DNA of 63,677 nt, the filler included, from Dugesia japonica (Eukaryota): NCBI GenBank assembly GCA_001938525.1. It is 6 parts of 6 records of this genome, joined end to end, with 100 filler letters (N's around TTAATTAATTAA, not from the genome) between each part and the next. Parts side by side here need not be neighbours in the genome. Positions count along the whole stretch, not along the records: positions 12,161 to 21,031 come from MQRL01379949.1; positions 21,132 to 34,299 come from MQRL01415221.1; 4 more parts are not named here. One strand, given 5' to 3'. Under the pieces are notes generated by a model. It did not search any database and was not told the DNA's origin. It saw nothing but the letters and a program-made list of their open reading frames with translations. The translations under genes were made by a program, and so were the position numbers. Shown piece after piece: positions 12,480-24,098 of this stretch. Position 1 is the stretch's first letter. Each line of letters begins with the position of its first letter.

Positions 12480-12850
12480 TAACCATAGTTATAATAATAT
12501 TACTAGTCACTCATTTAAAATTACTAATAATGATGGTTATAATAAAACTGATGGGGGTGGGTTATTAGTAAGAATAATAATAAAATTAGTGGCCATAATA
12601 TTATTAATGGTGGTGGAACTAATAATAATAATAGTAGCAGTAGAGCTAATAATGGCAGTAGGAATAGCGATAATAATACTAGCAGAAATAATGATAATCA
12701 TAATACTAGAGATAGTAATAATACTGTTAAATCTAATAATAATAATCAACAATAATAGTAATGCTGATAATAATAATAACGAATATCCTTAATAATATTA
12801 ATCATAATTTATTAATCATAATTTTCTCCGTATAATATTAATTATAATTG
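12480..12850. repeat. Imperfect (AAT)n low-complexity tract
   Basis: AAT/AGT/GAT triplet runs; explains the Ile-rich ORF calls. Confidence 0.75.
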
Positions 12851-15800
12851 TTATTCTGGTAGTCTTAACCGCTGCGGTAAGATTAAATCACGATAAGTCT
12901 ATCAGTCCTTGGGCGGTTATTAACAGGATAACTTGTTCTATGTTAGTTTCAACCACCAGATAATATAATAATACACCACCATGCGATACTCTAACAATTC
13001 GAATTAGGTCGCTGTAATGAACTTAATCTCCAATGATTCAAGATCCTGACATGAAAATAAAATCCATACTGCTCACTGTGGAGGTCTTTCTTTTTTTTTA
13101 TTGTTGTTCAGTGTCGGCAATAATCAGGCCAAAAATTTATCTTGTTCATGGTAATAATGAGGTTTTATTGTGTCATTTATTTGCCTGAAACGAGTGAGTG
13201 TGTCATCCTTATGGTGAGTTTGCAGTGTGAAAAATAATTGTAGCGCTTTGTGGCCGAGTCGGTGTGTTCCATACTTGGCTGGACCATTTATGTCAGTGAT
13301 TAATTGATCGCCTGTGGCAGATGCTAAAAAATAAAAATAATACAGAGGGAGTTTTGATTCAGACATAATGTGTTGTTATTAACCGCGTGAGATAACGGTT
13401 ATCATCTTTCGACTTCTGCATACCTCATGAGTAGAGTTGCAATTCTGTTAACATTTTTCATTATTTACTCGCGAAATGTGGCAAGGTATATGGCATTAGT
13501 AATAATATAAACTCAACTTAATATTCGTTTCTAGACAAAAATAAATTTATTGATTAATTGTTTATTAAAATATCATTACCACTTTCATTAAATTTCATAT
13601 ACGATTAACATTAAAATTTTTACTCACTTAAAAGCTCAATTTATTCTGCAACGGTTTAATCTTCAAACATGAGTCGATTTCAGTTGAAAATAGCTTTCCT
13701 TTCTTAACTAATGAAATATTTCTCCTCTAGAAATTCAGTAAAGACACTGATAAATTAATTTAGTTGAAATCATGGTCTTACAATGTGGGTTGAGAAAAAT
13801 TGATAAACGAGATTCTCTTTGTATAAATTTTCTAACGCTAGTAATTACAATAGTGCAATACTGTATTACGCGCAACAATAAGTAAAAATGAATGAATTTT
13901 CTTCTAAATTTCGGGGGGCTTATATAACCTTCTGGATACAACTCCGCACACTTTTTATTGGCCTTCTATTTTGGTTTTGAATGTCTTGTTTTCTATTGGT
14001 GATGGTGCCAATTTTCTTGATTTTTTCTAAGAATTTTGATTCTCAATTGGTGCCAATTTTTAGAGCACCATGTGGTTTTTACTTCTTTGTTTTAGGTTTC
14101 TTTTCTGGCCCCTTATTGGCCCGTTTTTTAAACCCTTCTCAAGACTCTCCTGGTGATGGTAGAACTTTCTGTTATGAAATTCTATTGACCAGCTACCTTT
14201 TCTATCCTACCTTTTCTTACTAAAAGTCTCTGTGCTTTTCTTGAGAGGAGATATCTTCGAAAAACAGATTTTTGTCTAATTTTAAATCTCTTTTGTCTAA
14301 AATTAATTAATATTTTCCTGCTAATTAACCATTATTTTCAATAATAATTTCTTTGTTTTTTTATAATAAATTATTTTTCTTTTAATTAATATCCTTGATT
14401 AAAGATGATATTCCATCTATTCGATATTCTCTTTCTTCCTTTTGCCCTTTTCTTCCGATTTTATTAATTGTAATACTTGTAAGTTTTAGCCACATGGTGA
14501 TTAGTCTTAATTAGCTTTCTTTCGGTCCTTTACTTTATTATTTTCTGATTTGGGACCCCTGGTCTTGATTTTCTTCTAAAACCGTATGTTTCACCCCAAC
14601 AAAATAATCAAAAAATAATGGCGATTTTTTAGTAAATATTTCAAAAACGCTTTTCAACACATTTAAATAGAACATCTGTCATCTTCAGATATAATATTTA
14701 ATTTATTTGAAAATTTTTATATATTAAAACTCTGATTATATAACCAATTATACAATCTTATCAACAATTCAAATTGAATAATAACATTCAATAAAGACCT
14801 AGAATATTCTCGAGCATTAATTTTTGGATCAGTCAAAACCAATGTCAATCAATGCCTCATAATAATTTTTAAAGTTCCTGCATAAAAATTCAAAATTATT
14901 AATACCGTTAACTGATTTACATCTAATATTATGTTCAGCAATATTATTTCCACTACCAACTCGGCAATGCTTCCGAAATCTTACACAGAGATAACGGAAT
15001 GTATCTCCAATATATGTGGCATTACACCAATTACACTCATATTTATAAACAAGATTTGATCACTGTCCATTTGGTATTTTTGACTTATTAGTCAATATAC
15101 AAAATGATTTTTAAAATAAAACAGTTTTTAATTTTTTATATGATTGTTTATCTGAGATTATTTTACAATTTCATTAGACTACTGAAGCTTTTTAGAAAAT
15201 ATAAATTTTCCACATAAAATAAATGGATAAATTATTATAAATTTTATTGATTTTTTTAATACAAAGATCAATTGTTTAAAAAGTTTTAGAATTTTCATGT
15301 TAATGTAAAAAATATTAATCTCCAGAAAGTCATTGTTGTGAATTTTTTCTGTTTGTTGATAAATACGAATTCCAGTTGGTTTTCAGAATAATCCTTACAG
15401 TACTGTTTTAAAATAAACTTCACATTGATTATTTTATTTCCATTAAAACTTAATGTTAAGAATTTATTTATGCTTATTTAGATTCTACAGAAACATTCTC
15501 AACAGCAACAACTTAACAATTTTATTATGAAAGTTACTGAGTAAGTCACAAAATGGTTTAAAGAAAATAATGAATAATAATTTTATAAAAAAATTGTTTT
15601 GGTTAAATCAATAATGATATGAAACATTAAAAAATTTTTTTAAAGAGATTGAAAATGAAGGAAATAAGCTTAGATGCAAATTAAAAGTTCTGTCGTTGAA
15701 AGATTATAATGAAAAACATATTAATGAACTTAATATGTTAAAAAAGTTAAACAGGACACTTATAGTAGAGATAAACCTTTACGTTTATTTATTAAGTATT

Positions 15801-18126
15801 ATTGACAAACCCGGTTGTTGGCATGGATAATGTGAAGGACATTGGTGGCATCTCATTAGAGACGTAAAATTTGTTTTGGTCAAGTCCAGGAAAAGAGAGA
15901 CAACCGATCAATATATCCAGGACTGAAATGAAGAGGGCATTTGGAAAGAGTTCTTTAAACAATTGAATTCAGACGCGTTCAAAGGAAGATGAAAGTTCTA
16001 AATTCTGAAAGGTGGTGCATAACAGAATCTTTCAGCCTTCATCGGCGACTTTCGGTTTTTCTCCATCATTTATGCCACAGTAAATCTTTTTTCATCTTTT
16101 TGTCTTTACTTCAAGTCACAATGCTTTTTAGCGTACACACAAATCTGTTTTACACGATAGATACGTCTAAGAAGAATTCGTGTAAAAAAGATGCCGCATA
16201 TATGTAAAATAGAGGATCATTACCAGACTTTTAAAAAATTACGAAAATAATATAATAAAGCAAATTAAAATTAATTTTAATGTGAATACTTGCACTATTT
16301 ATTTCATACAGATTGCACATACATCATTATTTAAATCAAATTATTATTTATTTAAAAAGGAAAAAACCTGTCAATAATTCATTAACATTAAAATTTAAAA
16401 AAATAAATACCAATTNCACACAACAAAAATTTATTCTTTGTCACTTTCTGACAATAACGCATACATTTCCGTAAGACTTAAATGTCATCTCTATTACTAG
16501 ATGTTCTCATAAACTTTTTAACATAAAAAATGTACTTAACACTTTGTTTAAACACGAAACTCAAAATACAAGTGCAAATAAAAACAAATGCCTATTAGAA
16601 CTTTTTTTTAATGGGAATTACCTGCAACTAAAAAGATGCAAAAAAATTATATATATTTAGAACTCTTTGCATTGTGTTAAATCAAAATAAGTCATGTAAT
16701 AAGAAAATGAGTTTTCTTAAATCGTGTTATATTTAAATCGCATTAAAAATGTTGTTGTAAAAACATAATTGGGTATATTCATTACATACTTTATCGAATA
16801 TTATGACGCTTAAAAATTTATTGTTATACCTAATGTTTTTCATCGATTTAATTATTTTTTTAAATAATTTTTTTGTTACTTATTAATATCACGATCTGAT
16901 AGAATGATGATGCGGTAATGTAAACAATAATTGAATTCTGAAAAAAGTTAGCGAAGAAATTTTTATTTATCAAATTGATAATGATTGAAAATTAAATTTC
17001 TTAATTACTACATATAAATTTAAATTAATAAGTTCTTTAATTGATTTATAAAAAAATTATTTATTTAATTAGGCAATTACATCAAATTTTTTTCCCAATA
17101 TCTAAATAATCTAACTTGATGGCCTTGATTACATAAATTCATTGGAAAATAGATAAATTGTTCAAGTTAAAGAAACAAAACATTTTTAATGAAAAATTTC
17201 AAAAGAAATGAAATTAAAAAGTTTGTAATTCAGTTTAATAAATTTCTAACGCTAATTAAACAACGTAATAAGATCAACTGAATCAATTACCGGTTCAATT
17301 TGATACTGTCAACGAAATGAGGTCTTGAGTACAATAAAATACTGTTCATATTGTGTCGTATTGTTTTTAAAATATAATCAAATCATAGAAAAATGGCAAC
17401 GATATTTATTTTTATCATGGACCGCAAGAAAAGATGATCTGTCAAAATTTTTAGGATCTGACTAAAGGAGATGCGCTCAGGATTTATTCCTTGATAATTG
17501 TTTTCCAAGAGAAGAGCAAAATGAGAAGTTGTAACAATTCCTTTGGTGCCACTATGGATAACTTACGAATTTTTACTAAATCACAAATACACAGAAAAAC
17601 CTTGGCTAAGTTATTAATATTGAGAAAAGAGATTTAACCCTTCTTCGAAAAAATTTTTCGATTATGATTTGTCGAGAACCACCCAATCAAATCTCTCGCA
17701 CACCAATAAAATATCAAAAACTTTGTTGATTAATGTGTGATTTGAAATATTAACATTCACAAATTAACATTCACAACATAAAATTTCAAATATTTTTTGA
17801 AAAGAAATTTTTAAATATCTCACAGTAATCCGTATAAATTACATTTTTTTCTAATTAAAAATTATTTAATTTTACTGTATAATCAGAAATTATGAATATC
17901 AACCATATTTTTCGTTTCAATCATCTTTAAAATTCAATTATAAAAAGAAATCAATTTACTTTAATTGAACAAATGCACATGCATTTGTAAATTTCGGAAT
18001 TTCTTCATAAACTGTTTATTAAAAAATAATGAAATAATTCATGATCTGTAATTTAAATGCTAATTTTATAAAATATATTTACAACATATTCAATAGATAT
18101 CAATGATCTTAGTGCTATAAATTTCA

Positions 18127-18720
18127 TCAATTTTTATTATTCAGTATAAGCGTATTGAGAATTTCGTTTCTCATAATAATATTAGGAAGTCGGAGGAAAC
18201 TACAATGAGTAAGAAATTCATTATCAGTTCTGTAATCTAAGTTTTCATTGTTTGCTGACAACTTGTCAGAAGGAGAATCATTATTGAAATTTTTCCTTGC
18301 TCTTTTATTTTGAAACCAAATTTTTATCTAAGTAAAATAAATAATTCAGAAATATTATTTAAAATAAAAAAAATAGAGTTACTCTTGATTTATCTATATT
18401 TAATTGATTTGATATGTAATCTTCATCTTTGCCACTTAAATATTGAACATGTTGAAAATATTGCTCCAAAAATTCTTTTTCATTTCCAGTGAAAGGAACT
18501 CTCGCTTTTCGAGTTCTACGGTTTGATCGATTTTTTACTGTTGAATTATTATCCATTGAATTATTTTCATTCAAACTACTACTCTCTGATTCATTGTAAG
18601 AAAAAGAATCATTTACTAAACATAAATTATTTTAATTTAATTAAACTTAATCAATAGTTCTAAAATACCGAGATCATCATTATGAGAATTTAGAATTGTG
18701 TCAATAAAGAAATCTTTCAT
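18127..18720 (-). CDS. Divergent ANTP-class (NKL; Msx- or Engrailed-like) homeobox protein with eh1 motif, ~161 aa
   Basis: Exons 18720-18669, 18615-18383, 18327-18127; introns 53 and 55 nt; N-terminal FFIDTIL (eh1); homeodomain RKARVPFT..FLEQYFQHVQYLS..KSR/IKIWFQNKRARK with intron between residues 44 and 45. Confidence 0.9.
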
Positions 18721-20516
18721 TTTCTTTTATTATACGAAGACAATGGAAGAATTAATTTTTTTAAAAAAATGATTGTTTATAATAACTGCTATTTATTTGT
18801 AAGGGTATAAAACCAATCAAATTTGACTAGAAATAGATTTATTGCGTAATAATATGGATAACTTATTTTTTTGGATAATTTAAAATGTTAAGGTGTTTTT
18901 CTCAAAAGAAAATCATTGAAAAAAAACTTTCAAAACTTTTGAATTCGTTTTAATTTATTTTCAATTAATTGTACAAAAAGAAAAACTTACAAATTTTTCA
19001 AAAATGGAGAAATTAGATTTTAAAGTCGAGATATTTTCTATTTTTTTATTAAGATTGAAAAAATTATATAATAATGTTTAGATTAAAAATAATTTTAATC
19101 CTTTATGTAATTTAAATCAAATCACGTCAAACATTTTTTATATGATTGAGAAACGTATGCATTAATTGAAATCAACATACCAAATGAGCGTGAGTAATAA
19201 ATAAATTTGATAATTAATTTTTTAAAATTTAATAATTAAATTAATTATCCAAATTGATAATAATTGAAAATTAAATTTCTTAATTACTAAATATAAATTT
19301 AAATTAATAAATATTTTAATAGTAAACTTCTTTAATTGATTTATAAAAAAATTATTTAATTAATTAGTCTTTTCCATGATTTAATAAATAATTATTTTTG
19401 TAATTAATTAATTATTCAAAACTTTCTAATAGAATCAAATAATTTATTAAAAATCTTCGTAATTTCAATTCAATTTGGAGATACCTTAAATGAATGTATT
19501 TAAAAAAACCCGGTAATTATAAGTCTGAATAAATATCAAATAATCAATAAAGTTTTACAATTATAATTATATTGAGAATAATTGTTAGACTTAATCATTG
19601 ATCGTATTTCAGATTCCATTAAATTAAATTTGATAATAATTGAAAATTTAATTACAATTAAGTCATTGCTGATTTCTGTTATTCACATATTCTAAGATTT
19701 TAACCGATGAATCATCGATAATTAACTATTTCAAAATTCGAATTATGGCAGAAAGTTTACTTCAAAAACAAAATGATAAAATTGTAGAATATATATTCTA
19801 TTTTATTCCAAATTTTGTCAAAAAATTGTCATCAAATATTATGATGCCAATTAATTAAAAAAAACTATTTATATTTATAATTAATTAAATTTTGAAATAA
19901 ATTTGTATCATAACAACAAAAATAAGTTTAATTATATTTTTCCTAATTTTTGGGCTTGTTAAATTGCTAAATCTGATCAAGTCTTGTTACCAGGTCGTTA
20001 CTACTTGATTTTAATTATTACGTAATAAATAATTTCAGTCCTTTTATTTACAAGAAAATATGGGAAATATTACAATTTATAAATTTTATTTATCAATGAT
20101 AGAATTTTGCGGCTATATTTGATTTTGTTTTAAAAGATTTTTTTAAAGTAATATTATTTAAATATTTAGTCGAAATTTAAATATTATCAGTAATTATTTG
20201 ACCTTAAAATTAAGAAATTGATCATTTCAAATCTTCATTCAAAATTTCCATAAAATGATGCCTGACAAAAATTATTTTACCAATTTAATTTTTGTAACAA
20301 TACACATTTATAAAAATTTTTTAATTAAAATGATCAGTGTTTACTTTAATTATTTTTATAATAAGCTTAATGGGATTGAAATTAATTGCATTAATTAATC
20401 AATTATTAAATATCATCTAAAATATAATTAGAAATGAATTAAATACTGCTATAAGCCACGGCTCATCAGAGAAAAAGTTGTTTTCTTGAAAAAGCAAATT
20501 AATTAGTGGAGTACGG

Positions 20517-21031
20517 CTTATTAATGGAATTAATGTATACAGGTATTATATAAAAATAGGGGGTTTTAATTTTATATAAAATTGAGTAAAAATTGAAAAA
20601 ACATTACAATTTGTATAAATAATTAAATCAGTACGTTTATTTAAAATAAAAAAGTAACAAACAAGTAGACATTTATTTATAATCCCTTTTTTATATGAAT
20701 AAACTCATTTATAAACGATAAATTTGTTAAGAAATTACTCATCAATCATAATTAAATTGTTTAAACTCTTCCTTCAAGATGACGATCAGATCTAATCGAA
20801 TCTGCTCTTCCAAATTAACACATTCTTCATCTGCCAATTAATGAGTTATATCATTTCATCCATCCCAATAACTTGAAAAGATTTCAATATTCTCTTCCTT
20901 ATATAGACTGATTCCTGTTTTTCTAAATCATTCTCTAACTGTACTTATTGTAACTTTAGCCCATGCTTCTAACAGCCACTTTATAATTTCTTCATACGAG
21001 GCTCTTTATATTGTTCTGATCTTTGTATAAG
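20517..21031 (-). mobile_element. pogo-family transposase C-terminal remnant
   Basis: RASYEEIIKWLLEAWAKVTISTVRE*FRKTGIS, typical pogo DDE_1 C-terminus; cut by the contig end. Confidence 0.7.
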
Positions 21032-21308
21032 NNNNNNNNNNNNNNNNNNNNNNNNNNNNNNNNNNNNNNNNNNNNTTAATTAATTAANNNNNNNNNNNNN
21101 NNNNNNNNNNNNNNNNNNNNNNNNNNNNNNNTTTACCATGTATTATTTAAATTTCCTACAAAAATAAAAATATTGCTATATTTTCGCACCTTTTATAATA
21201 AAAATAATTTAATTTAAAAATTCCTCGATCCGCCGCCGAATGTTATCGAAGATACTTTACTGTTTTGATTTGATTTGGCAAACAGGTTGATAGTAAATTT
21301 ATTGAGTA

Positions 21309-21621
21309 CAGTTAATCCTCCTACAACGCGATAGATANNNNNNNNNNNNNNNNNNNNNNNNNNNNNNNNNGTGCTGTTGGAGACACTAGTTCGATACAAA
21401 ATTGGGGTTCGGATCAAAAATAAGAAAACACTTTTTTGTGATAAAAATGTTTAAAAAATTCACTTTTAAATAAAAGGCATTCAAAAAATTCAAAAAAATA
21501 AAATTTTATCATAGCAGGCTTTCGCTACAAAAATAAATCGTATTATAAGAAAATTATTCGCATATATATGTATTCTAATAAACCGCGTTGTAGCGAAACC
21601 TCGTTTTAAGAGTGTTAGTTG
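21309..21621. mobile_element. Tigger/pogo-like MITE
   Basis: TA-CAGTTAATCCTCCTACAACGCG left end and CGCGTTGTAGCGAAACCTCG..GTTG-TA right end. Confidence 0.55.
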
Positions 21622-21687
21622 TACAATAGATTTCAGTAACATGGCTAAAATAATCAATATTGTTTTTAAATATTTTTTTAAAATACA

Positions 21688-22385
21688 CAGTTCTGTTTTT
21701 ACGCGATAGATATATTCTGTGGCAACACTCGTAACAAAAGATAGCTTATCCATATAAAAAAGAGGAATTGGTTCTACATTTTAAATATCAGCTAAGATTC
21801 GATAAATAAATGTTAATGTAAATTCATGGTTCTTATGTGCTTTTTACACACATTTTATTTAAACAAAAAGTAAAAAATAAGAAACAATTCATTTAATAAT
21901 TATTTTATATAAAAGTATAATTTTAGATTAAAAAATAATAAAAACATTCATAATTTCACAAAAATTTAAACCACGTCAAAACAGAGTGTAATATTTTTTT
22001 GGAATCACGTAAAATCAAATTCGCGTAAAAAAAGTTCCAAAATAATTTTGTACTGTTTTTACGTGGTTTAAATGGACGATAAATTATGAATTTTTTATTG
22101 ATTTTTCTGGTAATTTTTGTGAAATTATGAATGTTTTTGTTATTTTAAATCTACAATCATGCTTTTTTAATAAAATAATTATTAAATGAATTGTTTCTTT
22201 TCTTTTACTTTTTGTTTAAATAAAATGTATGTATTAAAGCACTTAAGAACCATGAATGTACATAAAACCTTATTCACCTAATCTTAGTTGATAATGTAGA
22301 GACAATCCCCTCTTTTTATGTGGATACGCTATATTTTTTTACGCGAGTTGCTGCAGAACGTATTTATCGCGTAAAAACAGAATTA
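21688..22385. mobile_element. Fold-back MITE with ~300-bp imperfect inverted arms
   Basis: TTCTGTTTTTACGCGATA...TATCGCGTAAAAACAGAA; arms ~21690-21985 and ~22054-22383 are reverse complements; related end fragment at 16143-16225. Confidence 0.85.
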
Positions 22386-22526
22386 GGTGTAATTTGATTT
22401 AAATTAAAAGGATTTTTACTTGGCACTGTAATTAATTGTAATTAGCATACCATATTGTGATATGTCCATCGCAATATATTTTGTAATTAATTAAATGAAG
22501 ATAATCAATTAATAAAACATCATTAA

Positions 22527-23066
22527 TATAGAGTTTTTAGTTTAAATTCATTTTTTTAATTGATGAATATTTTCATAATATAAATACACTGACTTTTAAA
22601 CAGATGAAACAATGACATATAAATAATAACAATAATCATACATGAAACATTAAAAACAATTTTATTCTTCAAATACATTTACACTTCCTTATCGTTTTAT
22701 GTTGTTTTTTTCATATTGTTCAGTTGTTAAAATTTTATTAAAAATATTAATTATTCTTTTCACATACAAGCCATAACCATCTTGTTTCTTGACTTAATAC
22801 TGGATGTTATTTCAATTGCTTTTTTCCATTTTCTGACCTCCTGTAATATATTCTCATTGTAACTTGGAATCCTGTTTCATCAGAAAACAAGATTTGTTTC
22901 ATTTGTTTTTTCAAGAGGTCAACTACAATAGCTTTTTCTTTCATAAGCTATATGTTTATTGTCATTATTTATATGGTATTCATTTATCTGTTTAAAAGTC
23001 AGTGTATTTATATTTTGAAAATATTCATTAATTAAAAAAAATAAATTTAAACTAAAACCTCTATAA
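22527..23066 (-). mobile_element. Internally deleted IS630-Tc1 element with ~120-bp TIRs
   Basis: Inverted repeats 22527-22645 and 22950-23066; internal minus-strand KQILFSDETGFQV. Confidence 0.75.
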
Positions 23067-23356
23067 AGATATCATTTTAAAATTTTCTTAATTTTTATTA
23101 ATGATTAATATGTGAGTAATAATAACTAATATATTATTTCGATTTCCTTCATTTATATCACGAACTTATCAGTTTATTTTTTATGCGAAGACTTGAAATG
23201 AGAGCAATTTATTTTTGATGAAATAACTAATTTTTCATTTAACTTAACTTTGATAATTAATTTTTCATCAATAATTATTTTCAATTTGTTAATTTGTTAT
23301 CTTCTAAAAAATTGTGAATTTTTATTTTATTTTTTTTTTATAATTTTACTCTATAT

Positions 23357-23932
23357 CAGCGTTTCCCAAACTTATTTCACCACGGTCCCTTTNTNATTTA
23401 AAAATTATAACGGAATATACTAAAATATGCTAAAATCTTACAATTTTAATACCAGAACTGTGAGTAAGATATATTTAAGATAATTAAATCTTGATTTGAC
23501 CCGTATGTATGTTGAGATTGATGCGACCCGTATGAACATTGTGAATGAATGATATAATATATTTCTCCAATCTCTTCTATTCCCCAGATTTAAGAATACA
23601 ATTGGTGTGTAGTTGACACTTTTATTATAATATAATTTTATTGAATTGGATTTAGTTCTCAATACTAATAAGAGCAATTTTAAATATTAATAAAAGCTAT
23701 ACTATAGGTGCTTTTATTTTCCAAAGTCCCTGCTGAGTGAAATGAAATGGAATTGGGTCATAAAATAGAATAGAAATGAATTTTCTTATGTAATATCAAT
23801 GGAATCGAACAAGAATTTTAAATAGGATTCGAATGGAATCGAAAATTATTTATAAAGCTTTTTTGGAAATATATTTGCAAAAAGTTCGCGGAACCCCTGC
23901 TATCAGTCCACGGAACACACTTTGGGCAACTG
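23357..23932. mobile_element. hAT non-autonomous element
   Basis: Ends CAGCGTTTCCCAAA and TTTGGGCAACTG; perfect 8-bp TSD CTCTATAT. Confidence 0.9.
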
Positions 23933-24098
23933 CTCTATATTATAAATTTCTACTTATCTGAAACAAATATTGTGATCTATATTACTATGCTTAATTGGAT
24001 TGATCAACACTCTAGCTTATCATTAAAATAGTAGAAATTAAATGATGAAAAATTATTACTAAAATATTATTTTCTAATACTTTTAATTATTTTTATAG

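Noticed and set aside
12537-12792. Ile-rich membrane-like ORFs
   Set aside because: By-products of the (AAT)n tract
16903-16941. ATGATGA...CTGA C/D-box snoRNA-like pattern
   Set aside because: Too short and no terminal stem
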